From IMG/VR virus record IMGVR_UViG_3300012931_000021, positions 1-62,409 of that record: 62,409 bases of DNA, one strand, 5' to 3'. The stretch comes from a virus (lineage: Duplodnaviria; Caudoviricetes). A model generated the notes under the pieces. That model was not told the DNA's origin, did not search any database, and saw nothing but the letters and a program-made list of their open reading frames with translations. The position numbers and the translations under genes are program-made. Below, piece by piece: positions 1 to 8,313 of this stretch. The first letter of the stretch is position 1. Each line of letters opens with the position of its first letter.

Positions 1-123
1 AACGTTGACAACTACATACAATCCAGTGAGTACCAAGAAACCACGGCGAAGACACTTCTGGCAGTTCCAGATGGTGAGCAGTGAGGAAACAATGAGAAAG
101 CTGCGAGTCAGAAAAAAAAAAAT
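1..123. repeat. Terminal direct repeat identical to 62287-62409 (circular assembly overlap)
   Basis: Exact 123-bp match between window start and end. Confidence 0.95.
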
Positions 124-154
124 CCTTTCCTATTTAATCACTTCTATCACACAA

Positions 155-220
155 GTCGAAACGTCCATCTCAAACGGACGTATGTCAGACGTGACCTACT
201 GGCACTGAGGAAGACAGGTC
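155..220 (+). ncRNA. Type II hammerhead ribozyme HH1 with pseudoknot
   Basis: GTC-GAAA-CGTCC/GGACG-TA(cut after 182)-TGTCAG/CTGGCA-CTGAGGA-A-GAC; loop I GACCT pairs with the 3' AGGTC. Confidence 0.88.
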
Positions 221-298
221 AAATAAATTTTCGCTGACTGGAATGTTTACCAGTTCAGAAGATTAAAATCTGTTAATCACTTGAAAGGAGCGATTATT

Positions 299-955
299 AT
301 GACAAAGACAATGGGTAAATTCAATGTATCATCAAAGTTCAATACGCAGTTCAATTACGAGGGGTACAGCAAACAGTGTGAAGTAGCATTCAGAGATTAC
401 ATGATATGGTGTGAAAAATCAAAAGCACCCAAAGCTTTACAGGCTGAGTATAACAGGGTTTTAAAAGAAAAGAAAGATGCTAAGACAACCGACATCTTTG
501 TACTGGCAATAACGTCGTTAACAACATTGGAATTCGAAAAAGCTACTGGCAAGAAGATTGATATACCTAAAGCTAAAAAGTTAAAAGAAGTCAAGGAATT
601 CACCGCTCCTGATTTAAACGCCATGATGGCAAATGTTGGTGGTGTTACAGTTGAAATCAATAGACTCGAATGTCAGAACGGACTCAATAATGACGACACA
701 GTTATAATTACAACAGAAGGCAAGAATGCAGTTGAGATTGGTATAGAAGTACACGAAGCATACGAAGCTGGCAAGACATTTGTTATTGATACTATTACAA
801 ATGTACATGATGCAATTGCAGAAGCGGTTACAAAAGAACCAGATTATGAAGCACTTTACAATGAATACAAAGCAGGTGGCAAGGTTGCTGATATCTGCAA
901 GCGTGAAAACATAAGCAAGTCAACATTCTACGCAAAGGTAAAGAAATTTCAATAA
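299..955 (+). CDS. Degenerate GIY-YIG-like N-terminal domain plus C-terminal HTH
   Basis: RBS GAAAGGAG before ATG 299; N-terminus paralogous to 61664 and 4661 (E.xxRDY..W); C-terminal ADICKRENISKSTFY HTH. Confidence 0.6.
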   Translation: MTKTMGKFNVSSKFNTQFNYEGYSKQCEVAFRDYMIWCEKSKAPKALQAEYNRVLKEKKDAKTTDIFVLAITSLTTLEFEKATGKKIDIPKAKKLKEVKEFTAPDLNAMMANVGGVTVEINRLECQNGLNNDDTVIITTEGKNAVEIGIEVHEAYEAGKTFVIDTITNVHDAIAEAVTKEPDYEALYNEYKAGGKVADICKRENISKSTFYAKVKKFQ

Positions 956-1126
956 GTCGAAACGGTGCTGTTATCTAAATGTTATGATTACAACTTGTTC
1001 AGGTCGAGGGTATGAGGCACAAGCTAGAAGCTTGCAGGCAATATTACAGCCATGAAGGTAATCGTAACATTTAGATAACAGCACTGTAATGTGGAGATAG
1101 CCTACCACATCTGAGGATGACAGGCT
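956..1126 (+). ncRNA. Type II hammerhead ribozyme HH2 with greatly extended stem III
   Basis: GTC-GAAA, ~29-bp stem III enclosing ~65 nt, GTA (cut after 1088), ATGTGG/CCACAT, CTGAGGA-T-GAC; pseudoknot AGCCT/AGGCT. Confidence 0.85.
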
Positions 1127-1148
1127 AAATTTGAGAGGAGCGATTACT

Positions 1149-2240
1149 ATGACAAACAATACGAACGTTATCACAATGAACGAAATCGTCAACAGAGTTG
1201 AGAAAGACAGCATTGGCAAGATAGACCTCACAGCAAGTACATTTAGAATGGCTGACAATGGTTTGCTTTGGGTAGGTGGAGAAGATGGTGAGTGTCAGCA
1301 AATGAAACTTAATAGGCATGCAGCTTCACAGATGTTCTCAAAGTTCAATATGCCAGGTAAATATTTCAGCAATTTGCTTCAGGAAGACCCAGAATTGACA
1401 GCTTATCACTTCAATAAGGTAGTTGATAAGACACCACACGAAGACCTGTTTATACGTACCAAAACAGGCATCCATACCGACGTTGATGATGAAGGCAACG
1501 AAGAGACTGAAGATAGTAGCATCCCAGTAATACGTGGAGTCATGAGTGATATGTACGCAGTGCTTGACAACGACATGGTAGTAAGAGGACTGCAGGCAGT
1601 TATAAACAAATTTGGTAATGATTATCAAATAGTGACTCATCATCTTGATGATAGAAGAATGCATATAAGGATATTGTTTCCAACTACAGCAAGACAGTTT
1701 GGATACACAAAGGATAATCTGGGGGATATTCTTCAGGTGGGAATTGACATAGTGAACAGTGAAGTTGGAATCAGCAGCATGAATATAGCAGGACTGGTTT
1801 GGAGACTTATTTGCACGAATGGTTTACGCAGGATGGATAGAGGAGAAACATTCATACAAAGACACATATATCTTGACACTCCGACATTCTATAATCGTAT
1901 TGGACATGCAATGACAAAGGGAATACAATCTGGTATAGATACTATGGTTAACTTTTCAGAAAGCAAAAAGTTTGAACTTATCAGACCAATGCAATCAATG
2001 CAGGTTATAGGCAAGCAGTATGACCTTACCAAGACGATAGTTGAAAGAGCACAGGAAGTTTGGGAACATGATGCTACAGCATATGGTGTAATTAATTCTT
2101 TCACAGCAGCAGCAAGAGGACTGGACAATGAAAGACGCCTTGAACTTGAAAAAGTTTCTGGACGCTTATTAACCCTCAATACTAAGGACTGGCATAGGAT
2201 TGATACATTAGCAGAGGAATATGAAGTTATAGAGGATTGA
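1149..2240 (+). CDS. DUF932-family phage/plasmid protein
   Basis: NSEVG...RLICTNG motif; GAGGAG RBS before ATG 1149. Confidence 0.75.
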   Translation: MTNNTNVITMNEIVNRVEKDSIGKIDLTASTFRMADNGLLWVGGEDGECQQMKLNRHAASQMFSKFNMPGKYFSNLLQEDPELTAYHFNKVVDKTPHEDLFIRTKTGIHTDVDDEGNEETEDSSIPVIRGVMSDMYAVLDNDMVVRGLQAVINKFGNDYQIVTHHLDDRRMHIRILFPTTARQFGYTKDNLGDILQVGIDIVNSEVGISSMNIAGLVWRLICTNGLRRMDRGETFIQRHIYLDTPTFYNRIGHAMTKGIQSGIDTMVNFSESKKFELIRPMQSMQVIGKQYDLTKTIVERAQEVWEHDATAYGVINSFTAAARGLDNERRLELEKVSGRLLTLNTKDWHRIDTLAEEYEVIED

Positions 2241-2361
2241 GAATGCATATAATAGGAGGTCGCTATCTGTGACCTCCTAGAATTGATTTAAGCCAACCAA
2301 AAATTTTGGTCGGAAATATATCTGACCCAGACACAATTGATTGAACAGAGGGGGTTATGTG

Positions 2362-2895
2362 ATGGATGCAAACGAGATAAACAAAATTTTTGAAACAAAT
2401 TTTAATTGGATTCGTTCCGCTGCAGGACATTGGCTTATGAAACTTACAATAGATTGGAATATTCACTTCTTTGACTTTGATGATTTGGTGCAGATTAGCT
2501 CTTATGCAATGTTCAAAGCAATCACAACCTATAAGGATTCGAAAGGAGTTAAGTTACAAACATGGGTACATACTCATATAAACAATGAAATTCTAAGTGA
2601 AGTCAGAAAGTTCAATAAAAACGTTAAAGCAGTTAGCCTCACAACACCTGAAGACGACAGTACAGAATTCGAGTTGATAAGTTATGAAAATGGCTATGAC
2701 CAGATTGAAGATAACATGTTTGCAGGCAATATCAAGAATATACTTACTGAGCGTGAGTATCAAGTGCTTTGGATGTTTGCTGTTGAAGGTATGAGTCAAA
2801 CAGATATCGCACCAACAATAGGAGTCCAACAGCCACAAGTTTACCGCATACTCAAGAATATTAGGAAAAAAGTAGAAGATTATGTTAATGCTTAA
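2362..2895 (+). CDS. Sigma-70 family RNA polymerase sigma factor (SigF/SigG-like)
   Basis: Region 2 DDLVQ..KAITTYKDSKGVKLQTW; region 4 HTH SQTDIAPTIGVQQPQVYRI. Confidence 0.85.
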   Translation: MDANEINKIFETNFNWIRSAAGHWLMKLTIDWNIHFFDFDDLVQISSYAMFKAITTYKDSKGVKLQTWVHTHINNEILSEVRKFNKNVKAVSLTTPEDDSTEFELISYENGYDQIEDNMFAGNIKNILTEREYQVLWMFAVEGMSQTDIAPTIGVQQPQVYRILKNIRKKVEDYVNA

Positions 2896-2922
2896 ACATA
2901 ATATATAGGAGGTGGAGGAGTT

Positions 2923-4581
2923 TTGCCAGCTATAGTACTCATTGAAGACAAGTTTTGTATAGGTGGTCTTGACCAGGATGGTAGGGATGTTGCAAAAAAC
3001 ATCCCTGGGGCTAACTGGAGTAAAAGATTGATGACATACACTTGGCAACCTGAATACAAAACGTACAAAACTATCAAACAGCAATTTCCTGGAATAAGTG
3101 TATCAGATGCTGTACAAAAGTGGGTTGATAAGTTTTTAGCAGCATGTGAAAAATTTGAAACCATGAAATCCGTTGCTGACGTGACACTGCCAGTCGAATT
3201 GGGTAATAAATTGTTTCCATATCAACGCGTTGGCACTAATTTTATGTATAAAGCAAAGCGTGTTATAAATGCTGACGACATGGGACTTGGAAAAACTCTT
3301 CAGGCAATATGTGCTTGCCAAATGACAGGAAGTGACTGCATCTTAGTAGTCACTCTTAACTCATTAAAATTTACATGGGAAGCAGAAATCAAAAAGTGGT
3401 CAGATTACAATGTTACTGTGCTTGATGGTAGCAGGGAGAAAAAGGAAAAAGCTATTAATGGTTTTCAGGGTGGATTCCTGATTGTGAATTATGAGTCATT
3501 TAAGCTGTTTGAGACGCTTTGGGAATGTGAGTGGGATGTGGCTATATTTGACGAAGCACATAGACTTAAAAATCCAAAGGCACAGCATACTATAGCTTGT
3601 AAACACGTTAAATCTAATTGGATGTGGCTTCTTACTGGTACTCCTATGGAAAATGCTCCTGGGGAACTTTGGAGCTTGTTAAACATATTGTTTCCGGAAA
3701 CTTTCAGCAGTTATTGGAGATTTGTTGACCAATATTGTGTGGTAAATGAAATCGAATCAGATGATAAGACTATACGTATACCTGGATGTGCAAGTTATCC
3801 AAAAGAAGTGCATCAACTGCTTAGTCCTATAATGATACGACGTATCAAAACTGATGTTTTAAAGGATTTGCCTGATAAGCTGTATCAAAACATACTTGTG
3901 GAACTTGATGCTGCAGACAGAAAAGCATATCATGATATAATCAAAGAAATGATTGTAGTCTTAGACAATGGTGATGTTGTAGCAACACCTACTGTTATAG
4001 CACAGTATACGCGTTTGAAGCAGGTATGTATTTCGCGCGAATTATTAGGTAGCAATCGTACCAACGTTCATAGTGCCAAACTTGATGCACTGTCAGAATT
4101 AGTGGAATCGGCAATACCATTTCATAAAATGGTCATCTTTACAACACAACTTGAGGCTTTAAAATTGGTTAAGGACAGATTATTTCGAGACCATGGTATA
4201 ATACCCTTGGAGATATCTGGAGATATTACAACGCCAAATAGGCAGCATAACATTGATTTGTTTCATAATGACCCAGAATCTAAAGTATTCGTTATAACTG
4301 TTAAATCTGGTGGAGTAGGGTTAAATCTAACTCCTGCAGATATATGTATCAACCTTGATAAACATCCAAATCCAATGGTAAACTTGCAGGCAGAAGATAG
4401 GCTGCATAGAATAGGTCAAAAGAAAAATGTTACAGTTTATAGCATCATAGCGAAAGATACTCTTGAAGAGTACATTGAAAACATGCTTATGAGGAAAGAA
4501 CAACAATTCAATCACATTGTAAATGGTGAACTTACATTCATTACAAAATATTTAGATACTTTAATGAAGCGTTGGAATTAA
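2923..4581 (+). CDS. SNF2-family helicase
   Basis: ADDMGLGKT, DEAH, LTGTP.EN, GGVGLNL, QAEDRLHRIGQ motifs. Confidence 0.95.
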   Translation: MPAIVLIEDKFCIGGLDQDGRDVAKNIPGANWSKRLMTYTWQPEYKTYKTIKQQFPGISVSDAVQKWVDKFLAACEKFETMKSVADVTLPVELGNKLFPYQRVGTNFMYKAKRVINADDMGLGKTLQAICACQMTGSDCILVVTLNSLKFTWEAEIKKWSDYNVTVLDGSREKKEKAINGFQGGFLIVNYESFKLFETLWECEWDVAIFDEAHRLKNPKAQHTIACKHVKSNWMWLLTGTPMENAPGELWSLLNILFPETFSSYWRFVDQYCVVNEIESDDKTIRIPGCASYPKEVHQLLSPIMIRRIKTDVLKDLPDKLYQNILVELDAADRKAYHDIIKEMIVVLDNGDVVATPTVIAQYTRLKQVCISRELLGSNRTNVHSAKLDALSELVESAIPFHKMVIFTTQLEALKLVKDRLFRDHGIIPLEISGDITTPNRQHNIDLFHNDPESKVFVITVKSGGVGLNLTPADICINLDKHPNPMVNLQAEDRLHRIGQKKNVTVYSIIAKDTLEEYIENMLMRKEQQFNHIVNGELTFITKYLDTLMKRWN

Positions 4582-4660
4582 TTTAACTGTACCAGAGTAT
4601 AATATGACAGAACGCACCAAAAGGTGTGAAACAATCTAATTTTGAAAAGGAGATTTTATT

Positions 4661-5146
4661 ATGGGAGTCAAATTGACTGACAAAAACAAGGACAAAACTG
4701 CACCTGCTGTAACAAAAGCAACAACACCTGCACCATCACCTGCACCTGCACCTGTACCTGCTGGCACACCAGCACCAAAAACTGTTATGGTTGATGGTAA
4801 GAAAATTATTCCTACAAGTGGTGTCTTCATGATATCCAGTCCCAATGGTGTTTTCAAGTATATCGGCACATCAACCAGAATAGAAGTCTGTATCAGGGAC
4901 TATTTCAAATGGCTTGCTGATAATAAACACGGGAGTGTTGAAATGCAGAAAGCATACAAAGAAAACGGAGACAAGCTCAATTGGTCAATACTCAAAACTT
5001 GTGACAAAGCTGAATTCGCAGTTGAGAAAGCAAAAGCTTGCAAGGAACACAATATTGATATCAAAATACCATTTTCAAAAGATGTAATCAAGGCTGCAGA
5101 TATTAACCCTGAGAAGATTGATGAACAGATGAAAGCAGGTAAATAA
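4661..5146 (+). CDS. Degenerate GIY-YIG domain protein with Pro/Ala-rich N-terminal linker
   Basis: SGVFMI...KYIGTS, MQKAYKENG..ILK; PAPAP tract. Confidence 0.65.
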   Translation: MGVKLTDKNKDKTAPAVTKATTPAPSPAPAPVPAGTPAPKTVMVDGKKIIPTSGVFMISSPNGVFKYIGTSTRIEVCIRDYFKWLADNKHGSVEMQKAYKENGDKLNWSILKTCDKAEFAVEKAKACKEHNIDIKIPFSKDVIKAADINPEKIDEQMKAGK

Positions 5147-5162
5147 CATATTTTGAACACTG

Positions 5163-5195
5163 AAAAAGCCAGCCGTATATAGCGGTTGGCTTTTT
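5163..5195 (+). terminator. Intrinsic terminator
   Basis: AAAAAGCCAGCCG/CGGTTGGCTTTTT hairpin followed by T tract. Confidence 0.85.
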
Positions 5196-5213
5196 CTTTA
5201 CACAGAAAGGAGC

Positions 5214-5927
5214 GTGCGTGCAGTGCCAGAAGCAAGTACGAATAAACAGGAAAGACAATCTAGAATATTAGAAACACTTGAAACAATGATTAATGACGAT
5301 AGGACTCAAAAGTCGGAGCGTGACGCTGCCAAGGCGCGTTGGGAACATATCACAGGAGAGAAATGGACAGGTAAGTGCAAGGCAAGCCAACAGAACACAC
5401 GTCAGAGCGGTACGAATTCTAAGAAATCTCAAAGCAGTTCAGGACCTACAGTTGATGAAAAGTTTTGGGAAGATGTCTTTGGAAAAGGTTTTGGTAAAGG
5501 ATTTAATAGTAAGTCCAACGATAATCCTTTTAAGTATGCTTGGGAACAAAGACAGAAACAAAGAGAATATGGACCAACAAGTTGGGATTATTCTTATGAT
5601 TCAAAGGAATATGATGACCCAAGAACACAGTCTAAGAAAACAGGACGTGATTATGACTTCGGGTTTAATCCGTGTACAGATAAGCAATATGATTATCTTG
5701 ATGCTATTTGTAAGTTCTTCAGGTGGAAGCATCCTGAGCATTGTGACATATCATTTGAAGAAGCTAGCTCTTTTCTTAACAAATATAGCAATGTATTTAA
5801 TGCATTTAAACAAGAAGCTAGGAATGTTACACGTCTTAAAGAATTATTCGAAGCTTTTGGCGTAAAATGGGATATGACGAAGCGTACTTGGGAATGGGAG
5901 CATGAGCGGAAAGGAGGAAGATTATGA
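5214..5927 (+). CDS. Hypothetical protein
   Basis: 237-aa ORF with AAGGAG RBS. Confidence 0.7.
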   Translation: MRAVPEASTNKQERQSRILETLETMINDDRTQKSERDAAKARWEHITGEKWTGKCKASQQNTRQSGTNSKKSQSSSGPTVDEKFWEDVFGKGFGKGFNSKSNDNPFKYAWEQRQKQREYGPTSWDYSYDSKEYDDPRTQSKKTGRDYDFGFNPCTDKQYDYLDAICKFFRWKHPEHCDISFEEASSFLNKYSNVFNAFKQEARNVTRLKELFEAFGVKWDMTKRTWEWEHERKGGRL

Positions 5928-6232
5928 AAGAGATTGGATACTATGTTATGAATTGTGTTGCAGGTTTTATTGTCGGTGGTGTAATTGGATTGTTTCTTTT
6001 GTCTATAATTGGCGTTAGTGGATTGTTTGCAAAAGAACTAAATGATGATAATCATTTAACTAATTCACAATTATCTGTAGCATTAAGAGACCTAGCTGAA
6101 TTTGGAATATGCTATGTAAGCAGCGAAGTGCATGCATGGGATATATCTAGAGCTGTACCCATTACAACCAAAATCGTTAAAATTGATAAACACAATACTT
6201 GGAGAATTGAGGAGGTTAAAAACAATGCATAA
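5924..6232 (+). CDS. Hypothetical membrane protein
   Basis: N-terminal hydrophobic helix; ATGA coupling; GGAGG RBS. Confidence 0.7.
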   Translation: MKEIGYYVMNCVAGFIVGGVIGLFLLSIIGVSGLFAKELNDDNHLTNSQLSVALRDLAEFGICYVSSEVHAWDISRAVPITTKIVKIDKHNTWRIEEVKNNA

Positions 6233-7307
6233 TGATTTCACATACTCACAGATTACCTGTTATAAGCGTTGTCCATTAAAATGGTATTTCAAGTATTTTA
6301 AAATGCTTGAACCAAGAACACGAAGCAAGGCATTCGAGATTGGCTCATATGTACATCATTTGTTGGAACAATTTTACATGTTACCACAAGGTAAGGAAAT
6401 GACAGATGTTGAATTGAAAGAAGCAGTATTAAAAGCTTCTACGGATTACTATGATGAAAAGACAAAGGAAATGTTTGAAGATGAAATCAATGGTGTAGCA
6501 GAAATCCGCTGTGATGCTGAAGAGATTGCAATGAGATACATGGATAAGTATATGGTAGACCATGAAAAATATACTCCTCTATGGGTTGAAAAAGAGTTTG
6601 CCATCAAGATAAGGAATCCACAGGGTAAAAAGACCAAAGATATACTACGTGGAAAATTCGATATGGGTGCTGTTGATGAATTTGATACGGCATGGTTATT
6701 TGAACACAAAACAACTGGTATATCTGTTGAAAATCGTCTTGACACTATAGACCTTGATGAACAACTCGACCTGTATCAGATGGTTGCTGATACAGTACCA
6801 GAAATATTGCCTGACTTTGGAGGTATCATTTTCAATATAATGCGTAAGAAACCGCCTACCATTCCTAGGGTGCTTCAGAAGCCAGCAGGGACGTTAAGCA
6901 GGGCTAAGGATATAGATACCACCTACGATATCTATATGGAAACAATCCACAAACATGGGCTTAATCCAGCCGATTATTCAGATATACTTGGAATCCTGAA
7001 GGAAAAAGGAGATACCTTTTATGGCAGAAAACTTGTTCAAAGAAGTCAGGGACGTATAGACAATGTTCGAAGCGGATTATACTATGCTGTAAAGAAAATC
7101 AAGGATAATGTAAAGTTGTTTGAGAAGAAAAATGACATCAATGTGTTTCACAGGACTCCAAATTTCATGTGTAGCAGGGATTGCAGCTATTGTGAACTAT
7201 GTATAATGCAAAGTAAACATTGTGACTGGGAAGGATACGCAATGGCTTCATTCGACATCAGAGAGACATTAAACCCAGAATTATCCAGTGTAGATGTGAT
7301 GGAATGA
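6225..7307 (+). CDS. PD-(D/E)XK exonuclease (Cas4/AddB-like, Cys-ligated)
   Basis: YSQITCYKRCP, LRGKFD...EHKT, C-terminal CxxxCxYCxxC; GGAGG RBS before ATG 6225. Confidence 0.88.
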   Translation: MHNDFTYSQITCYKRCPLKWYFKYFKMLEPRTRSKAFEIGSYVHHLLEQFYMLPQGKEMTDVELKEAVLKASTDYYDEKTKEMFEDEINGVAEIRCDAEEIAMRYMDKYMVDHEKYTPLWVEKEFAIKIRNPQGKKTKDILRGKFDMGAVDEFDTAWLFEHKTTGISVENRLDTIDLDEQLDLYQMVADTVPEILPDFGGIIFNIMRKKPPTIPRVLQKPAGTLSRAKDIDTTYDIYMETIHKHGLNPADYSDILGILKEKGDTFYGRKLVQRSQGRIDNVRSGLYYAVKKIKDNVKLFEKKNDINVFHRTPNFMCSRDCSYCELCIMQSKHCDWEGYAMASFDIRETLNPELSSVDVME

Positions 7308-7334
7308 ACGTTCATAAGTCCATGTATAATATTG

Positions 7335-8260
7335 TGTACCTCATAGAGATGTGTATTTGCTACCTGGTGTTCCTTGTTTATGGCGGTGACGAAAGTTGCC
7401 GCCTTTACATATGGAGAAATATCTCAATTGGTAGAGTACCGCATACAAATTCTGCGGAGGTTTTTGGTTCAAATCCAAGTTTCTCCACCTATTGTTCTAA
7501 GGTATCTCTTATCGGACAGGGGAGTACCCCTGTAGGTAAGATGGAAGAATGTGAGTCTCGACGCAGTACCAGCTAAGAGCCACCACAAGCTGTCACGTGC
7601 TATAGAGGGATGAGTTGCAGCATTGCTAGCAGACAGTGAGCGTAACTGCAATAAATCTTGTCGGTAATGTGCGTATTACTTACGCTGATACTTGATAAGT
7701 ATGGTTACTCAGTGGTTCTTGACTGAGTTATAATATAAGTGTGATAGCTTTTCCATGACTTACCGGATAGACGGTACACAGCCACGAGTGGCTGTGGAAA
7801 CTGTTGTGTAGATGTGAGTTTTCATACTCTATAATGTCTAGAGGCGAGAAAACGAGTCATACAACAGTTTCCAGAGTCACTCAGTGACTCTTAAGCTGGC
7901 ACAGGTCTGGTGTAGTGACATTATAACACCAGACCTGTGCAGCCTTCATTGAAGTGATTTTACCAGCACTCGAACGCATGACGAGTCCAGTTAGCCTGGT
8001 GAGGGATATAACTATCTCAATATAAAACTTGTATGAGAAGGTTAATTTTACGTGGAAAGAACGTGTTGTTCCAACAAACCGTCGAACAGGTGGAAAGCCT
8101 TTAATCTTTTCATTTTGCTGGTCAGCAGTTGTTGATTTCTTTAATAGGTTACGTACGCCAAGAGTCAAAAGCTCAATCAAGAAATCACAAAAGCGAGTAC
8201 GTTGGAAAAAGCTGATATTTATAAAGGCAGGTCGGGTGGAATACTTTACCTGTCTTTGTA
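7335..8260 (+). ncRNA. Candidate large structured non-coding RNA (~0.9 kb)
   Basis: TATAAT at 7325; more than 15 stems including a GAAA tetraloop, G-U pairs and nested multiloops; closing hairpin 8223-8257; no credible ORF; boundaries approximate. Confidence 0.6.
7413..7487 (+). tRNA. tRNA-like element with a non-canonical 9-nt anticodon loop (identity undetermined)
   Basis: Acceptor GGAGAAA/TTTCTCC, D-loop AATTGGTA, stem CCGCA/TGCGG around TACAAATTC, T-arm TTGG-TTCAAAT-CCAA; followed by CCT, not CCA. Confidence 0.75.
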
Positions 8261-8313
8261 ATATAATCTATATATACAGAATTAGCGTGTATGCAGAGAG
8301 GAGGTGAAAAAGA

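Noticed and set aside
1-123. Terminal repeat as physical genome ends
   Set aside because: Its length and break at an A11 homopolymer fit an assembler overlap of a circular contig; it is far from the terminase region
5-208. 67-aa ORF
   Set aside because: TTG start without an RBS; runs through the A11 tract and hammerhead HH1
6225-7307. CRISPR-Cas system suggested by the Cas4-like nuclease
   Set aside because: No repeat-spacer array or other cas genes; context is an exonuclease-Sak4-SSB recombination module
7488-7560. Theta (HDV-like) ribozyme after the tRNA
   Set aside because: Could not build the nested double pseudoknot; only a simple extended hairpin is evident
7304-8307. ORFs 7304-7576, 7469-7651, 7881-8180 and 8029-8307
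   Set aside because: No good RBS or recognisable motifs; they overlap the tRNA-like element and dense RNA stems
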